Notes: generated from the letters alone by a model not told the origin. A stretch of DNA of 64,000 bases from Anaerohalosphaeraceae bacterium (GCA_963675525.2 CAXXSL010000011.1:544001-608000), one strand, 5' to 3'. Positions 1 to 10,892 are shown, counted from the stretch's first letter. Numbers and translations are program-made.

Positions 1-1
1 G

Positions 2-400
2 TTACAAGGGCAACAGATCAAAATACAAACCCGGGAGGTAAAAGAACGGGCCTCAACGGATATCCTCGCGATCGACGACCCGGATGTTCTGAATGCTTTA
101 AAATATATTCGCACACACGAGAACGAACCGCTTCAGGTCGAAGATATCGCCCAACACATCTGTATCAGCAAGCGTTCGCTTCAGATGAAATTCCACCATA
201 TCCTCAAAACTTCGATTCATGACGCGATTGTCCACGCGCATTTTAACCTTGCCCGGCAATTGATCCTTGAAACGGATCTTTCCATTGAGGACATTGCGAT
301 TCGGTCCGGCTTTCACTACAGTTCCAACATGCGGCGAGCCTTCCTGGATATTACCGGCATGCTGCCGCAAAAATACCGCCAAACCCATCGCGGCCCATAG
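2..400 (+). CDS. XylR-type AraC-family transcriptional regulator, C-terminal part (5' truncated by window edge)
   Basis: Frame 2 is open from the window start: ...ERASTDILAIDDPDVLNALKYIR...VEDIAQHICISKRSLQMKF...ARQLILETDLSIEDIAIRSGF...P.KYR*. This is the RxSTD linker plus double HTH typical of XylR-like proteins. The ORF track shows only 185-400. Confidence 0.85.
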   Translation, partial: LQGQQIKIQTREVKERASTDILAIDDPDVLNALKYIRTHENEPLQVEDIAQHICISKRSLQMKFHHILKTSIHDAIVHAHFNLARQLILETDLSIEDIAIRSGFHYSSNMRRAFLDITGMLPQKYRQTHRGP

Positions 401-416
401 ATGGCGATATGGATGC

Positions 417-2603
417 CTAAGGCATGGGCTTAAGCCCTTCCCACTGCACGACCCACTGGCCATTATCCGGGAAGCCGGGGGCATGTCTGTCGGGCGCACC
501 GTCCCATCCGGCAGCCATCATCGCGACGGCAGTCAATAATCCCCCGTTGCCGGGCAGATATAACGGAAGATTTTCCCGCTGATAATTGTGTCCATTGGGC
601 CAGTAAAGATTCTTTTTGGATTCAATAAAGAAGGCGTCGACCGCCAGTTCCGGCAGACCCACCCGCGCCGCTGTCATCGCCAGCATCGGGTAATCCCATC
701 CCCACGTATCCGGCCATTGCCATGTATCATACACATGCTGAGCGGTTTTTCGCATGGTATCAGTATCCACCAGCGGTGTTTTGGGCAGCAGACCCAGTGC
801 CGCCAGCATAGACGGATGATCGGTGGTATTCGTGTAAGGTTCCGGCTCAACGGCGGTATAAACACCGTCACGAACCGGCAGTGATGACAAGTTGTTGAGG
901 ACTTGGTCCCATTTTTCATTTCGTTCCATACCCAAACGGACACGCCACTGTTGTGCTGTCTGGAGACCCCAATACCAGTAACACAACTCATATGTCGGGT
1001 TAAACGTCACGGGGTGTTCATAATTTTCCTGAGCGGGAATCAGCGGCGGCCCCAGCACATAGCGTTTTTGCTCGGCATCCCAGTGCGCAAAATCGGCCAT
1101 AAAGCTGGCCGTTTCAAACACAACATCTTTATATTGATTCAGTGTTATGCTGTTCGGTTTTTGACGATAGACCAATTCGGCGTAATAGATCGGATGCGGC
1201 TGCTGCCAGATCAGCATCGGCCCGATACCCGAGGGCGAGTCCTCACCATTCGGGTTCGTCATCTTGGGCCAGCGAACGCCGCTGTATCCCTGCCTCTTGG
1301 CAATGCTGCGAGCCGCCGGCAAAATATCTTTATACCAACCGAGGCTCCCTTCCAGCATTTCCACTCTATCCCACAGCGCAAAATGCACACTGTGCCACCA
1401 GTGCATTTCCAGGTGGAACTTGCCGAACCAACTGTTGCAGGTCAGGCCGGTTTCCTGCGGCGGATATTTCTGTGCCGACTGAATCGCTGTCAAATACTGC
1501 GACAGAACGATTCGACGCTCCAATTCTTTCCAACGTGAGTCTTTACTGGCCGAAAGATCGATCGCACCGCCAGTCGTCCAGAAATTTTTCCAGTCGTCTG
1601 TACATAACTGCTGAACCGTTTTGACATCCTGAATAGTATGGTCATCAATCGTTTCCGTGAATACAATCGAACATTCAAAGGTATCGCCCTTTTGTGATGG
1701 GTCAAGCTGATATTCGTGATTGGTCGCTTTACTGACTTTGGCGCCTTTGGAAAATGCAGCATAACAGAGATAGTGTTTTGTATCCATCGTCCGCTCAAAA
1801 ACTGCCAGTGAGGGCGATTTTTGCGTCATTTTCGTTTGATGCTTTTGCGGTGAAGTCCAGTCCGCCGGGTCCGGCCCCCATGTCCCCGCGGCATAAGGAA
1901 ATTTCAGGCTCACACTTAAACGCCCCGCCGTAATCAGCGGCGATTGAATTTTGACCGCAATCTGGTCTCGATGCGGATGTACACAGGTTTCAACGGTCAC
2001 AGGCTGACCTTCAATTTCAAACCGGCTGATCAGCAGTCCCTTCCAGAGATTCAGTTCCTGCTGAATCTTCTGAACATCGTCCACTTTGACCCTCATGCCA
2101 TCCTCTTTCTTCAGCACCAATCCCACCAGCCCGAGCGTAATTTGATGCGGATTGGCGCGCAGGTAACCAGCCGCCGGGCATTTCTGATTCCTGTTATAAA
2201 GAACCTTGCGGCCGTACGTATCGATCTCAACAAACGAATCAGACAATTGATATCCTTCGGTATTGGGAAACGTGTGCCAACCCCATTCGGCCATCGTCGT
2301 CAGCGGAATCCCGTCCTGATACGGATTGGGGAAAGTCTGAAGACCCGTCACATCCGCGGTAAATACAAACCTTCCGTTGCCCACAGACAGCGGCGAGAAT
2401 GCGTGCACTTTTTCGATTTTCACGGTATGGCGTTGGACAAGGGCAGACCGGTCAATCTTGTCTCCGGCCGCCATCAAAAAAGGTATAAAACACAGATACA
2501 CCAGCAGAAAAAACCACTTTCTTTCATCCTGCCATTTTGATTCTGTGCCCATTTGCCGTCTCAATTTGTTCCGATAATCCATCGCTTGCCTTTCCGAATC
2601 CAC
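417..2603 (-). CDS. Secreted six-hairpin (alpha/alpha)6 glycosidase, GH65/GH95-like; true start uncertain
   Basis: 728 aa ORF with hydrophobic signal segment (WFFLLVYLCFIPFLMA), PLSVGNG start, NSWFGKFHLEMHWWH, TWGWDYP and YLPGNGGLL motifs. Confidence 0.7.
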   Translation of the reverse strand: MDSERQAMDYRNKLRRQMGTESKWQDERKWFFLLVYLCFIPFLMAAGDKIDRSALVQRHTVKIEKVHAFSPLSVGNGRFVFTADVTGLQTFPNPYQDGIPLTTMAEWGWHTFPNTEGYQLSDSFVEIDTYGRKVLYNRNQKCPAAGYLRANPHQITLGLVGLVLKKEDGMRVKVDDVQKIQQELNLWKGLLISRFEIEGQPVTVETCVHPHRDQIAVKIQSPLITAGRLSVSLKFPYAAGTWGPDPADWTSPQKHQTKMTQKSPSLAVFERTMDTKHYLCYAAFSKGAKVSKATNHEYQLDPSQKGDTFECSIVFTETIDDHTIQDVKTVQQLCTDDWKNFWTTGGAIDLSASKDSRWKELERRIVLSQYLTAIQSAQKYPPQETGLTCNSWFGKFHLEMHWWHSVHFALWDRVEMLEGSLGWYKDILPAARSIAKRQGYSGVRWPKMTNPNGEDSPSGIGPMLIWQQPHPIYYAELVYRQKPNSITLNQYKDVVFETASFMADFAHWDAEQKRYVLGPPLIPAQENYEHPVTFNPTYELCYWYWGLQTAQQWRVRLGMERNEKWDQVLNNLSSLPVRDGVYTAVEPEPYTNTTDHPSMLAALGLLPKTPLVDTDTMRKTAQHVYDTWQWPDTWGWDYPMLAMTAARVGLPELAVDAFFIESKKNLYWPNGHNYQRENLPLYLPGNGGLLTAVAMMAAGWDGAPDRHAPGFPDNGQWVVQWEGLKPMP

Positions 2604-2864
2604 TATCTCAGCTTTTCTTTACCCTGATACAATTATTAAAATGATATATCAATATTATTCTTTGCACAAAAGTGTAAATGCACGTTTTTTTTATATTTTG
2701 CGCAAAATCAACTTTTGTTTTGCTTGAAATCAACTTGTATGAGCAGTCTTTTTTTGATAACATAGAGTAAAAATGAGCAAGGCATAAGTTCCGTTGGACT
2801 CATATCCTTGTTTGCGGGGGTGGCGTCAATGGGAATTATGATTTAAGTTGAAACACAATATTTT

Positions 2865-4610
2865 ATGAAAATGAAAAAGAGAGCGTTTTTTTCGTTACTG
2901 CTGTTAATGGTCGGGATTTCTTCAGGAAACGTGAATTTGGATAATATTACAGATCAAGATCAAATACTCAAGGTGTCGGGCGAAAAGAGCCGGATACATA
3001 CACGATTAGCGCAAGAGTTCGTGTCCCACCCTGAGACCATATCTCAAACGGATTCCGCTGATTACAGATCGAAAGTATGGTCTCCGGAAACTCCGGGAGG
3101 TACATATCAAAATCCAGTCCTGTATGCAGATTATTCTGATCCCGATTTGATTCGAGTTGGCCAGGATTACTATATGACCTCATCAAGCTTTTCATGTATT
3201 CCTGGTCTGCCTGTACTTCATTCCAAAGATTTGGTTAATTGGTCGCTGATTGGGCATGCCCTTCGCAGATATCCCAACGAACTTTTTAATAGCCCCCAAC
3301 ATGGAAAAGGGGTCTGGGCCCCGTGCATTCGTTATCACAATAACCTGTTTTACATTTACTGGGGCGATCCGGATGCGGGCATTTACATGGTCCGGTCTCA
3401 GAACCCGTCCGGCCCATGGGAAGATCCTGTTTTGGTATTAAGCGGAATCGGAATGATCGACCCCAGTCCGTTATGGGATGAGGATGGAAAAGCGTATCTT
3501 ATCCATGCTTGGGCTGCCAGCCGTGTCGGCGTCAAAAGTCTTTTGACAGTACACCCCATGAATCCGGAAGGAACAAAAGTCAGTCTGAATGGAAAGCATG
3601 TATTTGACGGAAATGGTTATCAACCGACGATTGAGGGCCCGAAATTATACAAAAGAAACGGTTACTATTATATTCTGGCGCCGGCCGGCGGGGTAAAAAC
3701 CGGCTGGCAGTTGGCACTGCGTTCCAGAGATATCTACGGTCCTTACGACTGCAAGGTTGTTCTTGAACAGGGCACCGCTGCAATCAATGGACCGCATCAG
3801 GGCGGATGGGTTGAAACGCCCTCCGGCCAATCGTGGTTTCTGCATTTTCAGGATTTAAAGGCCTATGGCCGAGTTGTCCACTTGCAGCCTGTCACATGGC
3901 AGCAGGACTGGCCCCTGATGGGCAATCTCAACGATAGTAGCGAGAAATGGGAGCCGGTGCTTACCGGGAAAAAACCGGAGTGCAAAGACAGCGGGCCTAT
4001 CGTCAATCCAATAGAATCCGATGAATTCAACAACGACCAACTCGGTTTACAGTGGCAGTGGCAGGCCAACCCGAAATTAACATGGCATGCACTGTTGCGA
4101 AATACCAATTATCTGCGTTTATTCGCACAAAAACTTCCTCATGAAAATGCGACCCTTTGGGACGCCGGCAATCTCCTGATGCAAAAATTTCCGGCACCTG
4201 CGTTTACTGCCACCACAAAAGTAAAGTTCACGCCGAATAAACACGGAACACGAACGGGTTTGGTGGTAATGGGCAAAGATTATGCCTGCCTGTCAATGAC
4301 TGCGACGGAAAGCGGGTATTCGCTGTCTCAGATTGCGTGCACGGATGCCCACAAAGGCAGCCGGGAAAAAGTTCTTGAAGAAACGACGTTATCCGAGAAC
4401 ACGGTTTATCTACGGGTTACGGTTAGTGCGCCGGAGGCAACTTGTGAATTCAGCTATAGTGCTGACGGGAAAACATTCCACTCTCTTGGAAAACCTTTTG
4501 AAGCCAAGCCCGGAATTTGGATTGGTGCCAAAGTCGGTTTGTTCTGTATCAGACAACAGGATGTTCCCAATGGAGGTTATGCGGACTTTGACTGGTTTCG
4601 AATCGAATAA
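2865..4610 (+). CDS. GH43 glycoside hydrolase (beta-xylosidase/arabinofuranosidase-like) with C-terminal beta-sandwich
   Basis: Signal peptide; NPVLYADYSDPD, WAP, IDPS, IEGPK and HQGG motifs; ends in ADFDWFR. Confidence 0.9.
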   Translation: MKMKKRAFFSLLLLMVGISSGNVNLDNITDQDQILKVSGEKSRIHTRLAQEFVSHPETISQTDSADYRSKVWSPETPGGTYQNPVLYADYSDPDLIRVGQDYYMTSSSFSCIPGLPVLHSKDLVNWSLIGHALRRYPNELFNSPQHGKGVWAPCIRYHNNLFYIYWGDPDAGIYMVRSQNPSGPWEDPVLVLSGIGMIDPSPLWDEDGKAYLIHAWAASRVGVKSLLTVHPMNPEGTKVSLNGKHVFDGNGYQPTIEGPKLYKRNGYYYILAPAGGVKTGWQLALRSRDIYGPYDCKVVLEQGTAAINGPHQGGWVETPSGQSWFLHFQDLKAYGRVVHLQPVTWQQDWPLMGNLNDSSEKWEPVLTGKKPECKDSGPIVNPIESDEFNNDQLGLQWQWQANPKLTWHALLRNTNYLRLFAQKLPHENATLWDAGNLLMQKFPAPAFTATTKVKFTPNKHGTRTGLVVMGKDYACLSMTATESGYSLSQIACTDAHKGSREKVLEETTLSENTVYLRVTVSAPEATCEFSYSADGKTFHSLGKPFEAKPGIWIGAKVGLFCIRQQDVPNGGYADFDWFRIE

Positions 4611-4949
4611 TTTTAGACTAAGATGTCCGCATTGCTATTACAAACAATCCCCAAGACACGCTTATAAACGGGTAACTGGAAATCGCTTCATCTAAAACTA
4701 ACGGAATGAAAATACTGAAATCTGATTGCAATTCACTTTATTACAGACCCTATCACCCCACCGGTCAACTTCTTGACACCTGCCCTATGCTTGTATTGTA
4801 TAGAAGAACTTTTAAGTGATTGTAACAAGCTCTCATTAAGTTTTTTTACTTCAGATAATTCTTTTCGTAGTCGATCAGTTGCTGACTCAGTTTCTTGATG
4901 TTCTGATTTATATATTTCTTCTTCCTTTTTCCATTATCTTGAAGGGAAG

Positions 4950-5030
4950 GCCTTGCCGGGGCCTCTCTGTTTTTCGCGTAAAACTTTGATTTCTTCTTGT
5001 AAGTACTCAATGACATTCTGCGTGGTTTGT
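4950..5030 (-). mobile_element. Possible relic of a transposase/integrase N-terminus
   Basis: Minus strand reads QNVIEYLQEEIKVLREKQRGPGK, resembling from memory the QxVIEYLxEExxVL N-terminal coil of planctomycete IS integrase-core proteins. No start codon or catalytic domain present. Confidence 0.35.
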
Positions 5031-5100
5031 TTTGAATCGCATTTTCATTTACATAGAGAAAAAACTATCTTTCAAGTGGTCAAAACTGTCAAATACTTAC

Positions 5101-6321
5101 CTACAGCAGCAATTGCAGGTGATTTAAGTACTCTCGTTCCTGTCGATATCTGGCAATAATAATTTCTTCCATAGATTTTGCTATTTGACGAAACGTCGGC
5201 CCGGGATTGACCGTCTCTACCAACTCTATCCAGTCCGGCAGAATTTTGTCGGCCCCGTTAAATGCCCCGGCAATGGCCCCCGCCACGCTTGCAGAACTGT
5301 CATTGTCCCTGCCGCAGTTGACAGCACCTTTAATGGTTTCAGTGTAGTCGCCCTTAGCGGCACAAAACATCGCAACAGCGATGGCCAGTGTTTCACCTGC
5401 ATCAGCGCCAAATTGCTGCTGTACATGCTTCAGCAATTCCTCTCTGAGCGTATAGGGATTCCCGTGTTTTTCCGCCAGCTCAACGGCCTGTTTTATGAGT
5501 TTTTCGTTTTTTACGCCAACAACATCGTACAGTTTGTTTCCCTGCCAGCGATGCCCTTCGACCTGACTTTTATGGATTTTTGCGGCATCTAAACCGTCAC
5601 TTACAATTTCATTAATGGTCGCATCGGGTTTCATGGCGGAAGCAATCATGGCCGCAGCGATGGCGGCAGAATATCGCGGGTACCCTTCCGATGTAAATAA
5701 TGCATCGAAAGCATCCGTCAGGGCTTTTTGAGGATTACAGGCGTTGATTACACCAAACGGCGCAATCCCCATAATCGCTCCGTTTGTCGGCTGTCCTCCG
5801 AATACAGATTTTTGGTCTCGATAGACGGCCTTGAGATAATACTCTTCGATAAATTGCTTAGGCAATCCTTCTTCGGCCGAATGATAGTAATCAATAATCG
5901 CCTTTGCAACATCTTTATCTGTGGGAACGCCCCTCTTATTCAGGATTGCCTGGCTAAATATTTTCGACATGCGTGTGTCGTCAGTATAGGTGCCTGCTCT
6001 TTTCGCCCAAGGTCCGTGCACACCCAGATCCCTATCATACGGTAGAAGGGTTTCCACTTTACCATGAACCTCTTCGATTTTCTGATAATCCCAGAACTCG
6101 ACAGGACCTCCCATGGCGTCCCCAATTGCAGCCCCTATCAGCGCGCCGTATATTTTCTTAAAGAGTGGTGTTTGTTGTTTTTGAGTCGAGGGGTGTGGGA
6201 TTTCTGGGTTGTTGCTGGCTAAGATCAAACTGGAATCTAGTGCGCCGAATCCCAGAGCCATCGCCCCCGTTCCCAGGCCGGTAAACTTCAGGAGGGCACG
6301 GCGATTAAAAATAGTGTCCAT
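5101..6321 (-). CDS. ADP-ribosylglycohydrolase (DraG/ARH) family protein with Tat signal peptide
   Basis: AAGGAGG RBS before ATG at 6321; NRRALLK twin-arginine motif; GAAIGDAMG, YTDDT, NGAIM and GRDNDS..S.AGAIAGA metal-binding motifs. Confidence 0.88.
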   Translation of the reverse strand: MDTIFNRRALLKFTGLGTGAMALGFGALDSSLILASNNPEIPHPSTQKQQTPLFKKIYGALIGAAIGDAMGGPVEFWDYQKIEEVHGKVETLLPYDRDLGVHGPWAKRAGTYTDDTRMSKIFSQAILNKRGVPTDKDVAKAIIDYYHSAEEGLPKQFIEEYYLKAVYRDQKSVFGGQPTNGAIMGIAPFGVINACNPQKALTDAFDALFTSEGYPRYSAAIAAAMIASAMKPDATINEIVSDGLDAAKIHKSQVEGHRWQGNKLYDVVGVKNEKLIKQAVELAEKHGNPYTLREELLKHVQQQFGADAGETLAIAVAMFCAAKGDYTETIKGAVNCGRDNDSSASVAGAIAGAFNGADKILPDWIELVETVNPGPTFRQIAKSMEEIIIARYRQEREYLNHLQLLL

Positions 6322-6367
6322 GATATATATTTCCTCCTTGAATATGCATGGCAAATTTCATCGTGCA

Positions 6368-7384
6368 TCATACAATACAATTATCTGCTTTGAGAAATTC
6401 CAGCACTTCATTAAGCTTGCAAAATGCCAGACAGGTAACCGTGTCGGCGGCACCATAATAAACCGCTATCCTGCCTGTCGGTTTATCATACAAAGCTGCA
6501 CAGGGGAACACCACATTAGGCACATCGCCGACGCATTCATAATCTTTTTGCGGCGACAGAAGATAAGAAGCATTTCTATAGATCACCTTCCAGGGTTTTT
6601 CCAAATCAAGCAGAGCAGCCCCCATGCTGTAAACAAAACCGTTGCAGCTTGTCAGTACGCCATGGTAAAACAGCAACCATCCTTCTTTTGTTTCAATCGG
6701 TATGGGGCCGGCTCCAATCTTTGTCATCTGCCAGCCCGGAAGAGTTCCCATCACATGCCGATGTCTACCCCAATGAATCATGTTAGGGCTTTGACTGTAG
6801 AATATATCCCCAAATGGCGTATGACTGTTATCGCTTGGACGCGAGAGCATTGCATATTCACCGTTAATTTTCCGGGGAAACATTACACCATTTCGATTAA
6901 ACGGCAAAAATGCATTATCAATAAGATAAAAGTCTTCAAAATTATAGGTGTATGCAATCCCAATTGTCGGGCCGTGATAGCCATTACACCATGTGACGTA
7001 ATAACGGTCCTCGATCCAGCAGACACGTGGATCATAGCCGAATTCCCATTGGCTTATATCATCATCATTGTATTTGAACTTGATTCTTTCTGGCCGAATA
7101 TCCCAATTCACACCGTCTTTACTGAAACCTGAATGCATCTGCATATACCGTCTTTTGTCGTCACATCGGAATACACCTGCAAATCCTTCGCCAAATCTTA
7201 CAACGGCACTATTGAATATGCTGTTCGAAGTCGGCAGCAGATCTCTCGGTATAACAGGATTACGCCGGGAACGCCAAACGGCATCAGAACATCCGACAGG
7301 TCTGTCTTCCCAGGGAATCGGTGCTGACGGTTTAACTTTCTCTTTTGCCAAGCCATTTATAGTGTTTGTAAGCTTTGAAGTCAT
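6368..7384 (-). CDS. GH130 beta-mannoside phosphorylase (RaMP2/UhgbMP-like)
   Basis: PWEDRP...[74 protein letters not shown]. Confidence 0.93.
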   Translation of the reverse strand: MTSKLTNTINGLAKEKVKPSAPIPWEDRPVGCSDAVWRSRRNPVIPRDLLPTSNSIFNSAVVRFGEGFAGVFRCDDKRRYMQMHSGFSKDGVNWDIRPERIKFKYNDDDISQWEFGYDPRVCWIEDRYYVTWCNGYHGPTIGIAYTYNFEDFYLIDNAFLPFNRNGVMFPRKINGEYAMLSRPSDNSHTPFGDIFYSQSPNMIHWGRHRHVMGTLPGWQMTKIGAGPIPIETKEGWLLFYHGVLTSCNGFVYSMGAALLDLEKPWKVIYRNASYLLSPQKDYECVGDVPNVVFPCAALYDKPTGRIAVYYGAADTVTCLAFCKLNEVLEFLKADNCIV

Positions 7385-7396
7385 TATATCTTCCTC

Positions 7397-8410
7397 CTAT
7401 TTCGAAGATGAACATAAGAAATCCAATAATTCATCTATTTTACAGGTCGCCAGACAAACGTATTTATCCGCTCCTCCATAATACACGAACAACGTACCAT
7501 CAATTATAACATTTCCACAGGGAAATACAACCCCATTATATAATCCTTCGATTTCATAAGATTCCTGCGGCTCAAGCAGCCAGTCTTTTGTGCGGCCCAA
7601 AATCTTCAATGGATCATCTAAATCGAGTAACATCGCTCCGACGCGATAGAAATTATCTTCGCCGACAGCATGATACAACACCAACCATCCGCGATCCGTT
7701 TTAAGGGGTGGGGTTGAACCGCCGATTTTACGCTCCCAATCATATTTCCCTTTTGCCAGCAACTTCAGATCTTTCCACCCCAGAAGATCATCGCTAAACG
7801 CTATCCACATAGCCGGATATTCTGTGCCATATTCTTTACCGGCCCACTCCATGGGTCTGTGCAGGGTAACGTATTTACCGCCGATTTTCTCAGGAAAAAT
7901 TATCACATCTCTGTCATCATAGGCCGGGTTTGTAAGGTTTCCGGCATACGTAAACTGCTTCAAATCCGGGGAAAGCAGAAGACCGGTTCCTGATAGATTC
8001 TCCCGCATTATCCTCGGATATTCCGCACCGAAGGCGGGGGCATTATAGTCCCGCTCATCAGGCTTTATCCAATACTTCCCCGGAGCAAACGGACGGTATG
8101 CAAAGGTTATGTAAAATAATCCGTCTAACTGAATAATTCGCGGATCTTCAATACTGCCAAGATTGGCATCCGGAACCGGCGAGAAAATGGGGGCATCACT
8201 TTGGCGTGTAAAATCATAGCCGTTTTTGCTTGTTGCAAGGCCAAGATGAATGGTATGCAGGCTATCATTGCCCGCCGCACGGTATATGAGCTTTATTTCA
8301 TTGCTCTTGGCATCATACCACGCCGTGGGATTGGTCGTAACCAAACTTTCCCATTCATTCGCCGGATTCGGCGATAAAATTGGGTTTTTTTCATATCTAT
8401 TTAGTTTCAT
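7397..8410 (-). CDS. Second GH130-family glycoside phosphorylase/hydrolase
   Basis: NPILSP, NP.A, YRA, IEDPRI, DDRDVIIFPEKI, LHRP, KIGGSTPP, VVFPCG, YYGGAD. Confidence 0.9.
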   Translation of the reverse strand: MKLNRYEKNPILSPNPANEWESLVTTNPTAWYDAKSNEIKLIYRAAGNDSLHTIHLGLATSKNGYDFTRQSDAPIFSPVPDANLGSIEDPRIIQLDGLFYITFAYRPFAPGKYWIKPDERDYNAPAFGAEYPRIMRENLSGTGLLLSPDLKQFTYAGNLTNPAYDDRDVIIFPEKIGGKYVTLHRPMEWAGKEYGTEYPAMWIAFSDDLLGWKDLKLLAKGKYDWERKIGGSTPPLKTDRGWLVLYHAVGEDNFYRVGAMLLDLDDPLKILGRTKDWLLEPQESYEIEGLYNGVVFPCGNVIIDGTLFVYYGGADKYVCLATCKIDELLDFLCSSSK

Positions 8411-10874
8411 GAGTGTCCTTTTCCAGGAAGAAAGTCACTGTTTTTCCTTCGAGTAATTTTAGCTTAACGATACCGCCCGTTTTTACGAGTTTATCGTATT
8501 GTCCATCTATCATGATGTCAGAAACGTTGGAGAAACCAAACTCAGACAGATCTAGAATCATTTCAACATCCGCCGTTGCCATCGCTTTCAACACGTTAGT
8601 ATCCCAGCGTAACATCACATTGACAGTAAATGGGCTTTGGAATTTCAACCGCTTAGAAGAGTAGGTTGTGTTTCCCACAAATAGAACATCTTTGTCCGTA
8701 AATACATAGCCTGTTTTTATGGGGGTTTCAGCATGACTAACCGTCAAAGTTCCATCTCCGGGCTCATGGGTATCGATATAGTTTCTGAAAAACCGGGTAG
8801 CATGTGCAATCGGTTTCGGTTTTCCGGCAGGCGTACCATCATACTGATACAGACCAAAGCGGGATTCATAGACATACCTGTCGGGTGAGATCCACGGTGC
8901 ATTATACTTTATGTTTGCAATGGGCCATTCTGAAAGCATCCAGAGATAAGCCCCCGAATAATCATGCGAAAAGGCATATAGAAATACAATCATCTCGGCA
9001 ATACTCGAAGTATGCGGGTCAAGGTAGTTGCCGTCTGGCAATTTTAATCCGGCGGTAAAACCAAATTCTCCGATGGTAATCGGCTTATCCGGCCAAAATG
9101 CCCTTAAACGGTCAAACGTCGTAATGCTCTTCTGTATATCCTCATAAGAATAAGGCATCTGATAAATGTGGTGAGAAGTAAAATCGAGCAGGTCATTGGC
9201 CGGTAATGCCGCCAATGAGGTATTATATCCAACCGTGATAAAATGATTGCGGTCGAATTGGTTGATTGCCTTTTTGTGGAAAAGTATCCAGTCCCTGAAT
9301 GTCTTGTCAAGAGCGGCAATGAATTCTTGATAATCAGCCTCTATGGGCAATCTGCCGTCAAGGCCGTAAAGGCAGGAATAATCCAGCGGGGGATTAAATT
9401 TCTCAATATACTGCTTAGCCATCTCATAAGCAGCATATAGATTCAATGCATCGCGGCCTTCGATCCAACTGCCCAGTTGGGGCCAACTGCGTTGCCGGGT
9501 TATCTTTTCGACCCATGCCTTATCAAAATAACCTGATGAGTATCTGTCGTAGGCTCCATATCTCAGGATTTCCGACGGTCCGTCGTTAATACTGACGGAA
9601 CCAACCGTCGTCACGTAAGGCTCATTCATCAAGTCGTAGCCCAGCACGATGGTTTCATCACTCAAGAGCTTGGCATTTTTCCGAAAAACATCCATCAGCA
9701 TCTTATCTGTCGGCAAAGGATGCGACCGTGGGGCAAATATCAGATAGATTTGATATTTTCTTGCCAACTCGATGATCGTCTTGAGTCTCTCCGGATAATT
9801 TTCGATGCGGAAATTCCAGAACCGGAATGTATTAATCCCGGCCTCGTGAGCTTTTCTGAAATCCTCCTCCAATCGTTCGGAATTAAAATAATCTTCGCCG
9901 TATTCACATTTTCTTTCAAACGGCCCCACATAGTTACAGCCGAGAGCGAAAAATTTCCTGCCATCCGGCAAAAGAAAGTGCTTTTTATCCTTGCTTAACC
10001 GGATAAACTCGGCCGGAGCCGGCGAAACAACAGGAAGACATTTTTTCTCATTCAGGCTGTCTTCTTCCGCAAATTTGGCGGGAAGGTCTCCTTGTTTCAT
10101 CCTGCCCAGAAGCCCAACAGCAACATCCAAAAATTCTTTACTACCGTAAAAATCCGCCGCGTCAATCCCGAACAATAACCACTGGCTGTTTTTAAACTCA
10201 CCTGCGTGGTTGACCAACAGACCACAGGCAAAGCCAACATGACGCGAATAGCTGTCCTGCACACTTAATAACGGAATGTATCGTGAGACCTCCGGGTATT
10301 CAAACGCAATCGCAGAAACACCGGTATAACTGCCGGACCAATCGACCCGGGTTTTGAGGACATTCTGTTTTTCATAGGTCACGATACGAGGGGCATCCTG
10401 AAAACAGAAAACACTGCGATCGTCAAAAATCGGCAAATCAAGCGGTTTAACAACATTGTTATTGCCGCCGTCTGAAGAGTCCGGTTCGGTGATATGTTGG
10501 GGGGGGAGTTTTATCTCTTCCTGAAAGGCGATTCCGCCGAGCAGAACAAGGTCAGAGCCTTTTTTGATAAAATCCAATAAAGCCGCGCGGCCCGCAGCCG
10601 GAAATCGAGTGCTGTCCGCCAGGATTAAACAATCGTATTTATCCAGCCCCCCCTTTCGGCAAAGAATCTCATAGGTAACAGCATCCGCCGTAAAACCGCA
10701 CTTCTTTAAAACCGGCAGCATTTTATCAGCAATCGCCGGTGTCGATTCATTTGCACTGTCTTTCAGCACGGCGATTGCATAGTCCTCCGTGATGGCGCAA
10801 GATCGCTCACACGCCAAAGACAGTGTTGCAAGAACTAAAACAATACAAAATGTTAATCTTGTCGCTCTTTTCAT
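8397..10874 (-). CDS. Secreted clan GH-A glycoside hydrolase (GH5/GH2-like, candidate beta-mannanase) with N-terminal GATase-like domain
   Basis: Signal peptide; G.NY, AGINTFR, YDLMNEP (acid/base), HIY and IGEFG (nucleophile). Stop overlaps the GH130 start. Confidence 0.7.
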   Translation of the reverse strand: MKRATRLTFCIVLVLATLSLACERSCAITEDYAIAVLKDSANESTPAIADKMLPVLKKCGFTADAVTYEILCRKGGLDKYDCLILADSTRFPAAGRAALLDFIKKGSDLVLLGGIAFQEEIKLPPQHITEPDSSDGGNNNVVKPLDLPIFDDRSVFCFQDAPRIVTYEKQNVLKTRVDWSGSYTGVSAIAFEYPEVSRYIPLLSVQDSYSRHVGFACGLLVNHAGEFKNSQWLLFGIDAADFYGSKEFLDVAVGLLGRMKQGDLPAKFAEEDSLNEKKCLPVVSPAPAEFIRLSKDKKHFLLPDGRKFFALGCNYVGPFERKCEYGEDYFNSERLEEDFRKAHEAGINTFRFWNFRIENYPERLKTIIELARKYQIYLIFAPRSHPLPTDKMLMDVFRKNAKLLSDETIVLGYDLMNEPYVTTVGSVSINDGPSEILRYGAYDRYSSGYFDKAWVEKITRQRSWPQLGSWIEGRDALNLYAAYEMAKQYIEKFNPPLDYSCLYGLDGRLPIEADYQEFIAALDKTFRDWILFHKKAINQFDRNHFITVGYNTSLAALPANDLLDFTSHHIYQMPYSYEDIQKSITTFDRLRAFWPDKPITIGEFGFTAGLKLPDGNYLDPHTSSIAEMIVFLYAFSHDYSGAYLWMLSEWPIANIKYNAPWISPDRYVYESRFGLYQYDGTPAGKPKPIAHATRFFRNYIDTHEPGDGTLTVSHAETPIKTGYVFTDKDVLFVGNTTYSSKRLKFQSPFTVNVMLRWDTNVLKAMATADVEMILDLSEFGFSNVSDIMIDGQYDKLVKTGGIVKLKLLEGKTVTFFLEKDTHETK

Positions 10875-10892
10875 AAACAAACTTTTCAGTAA

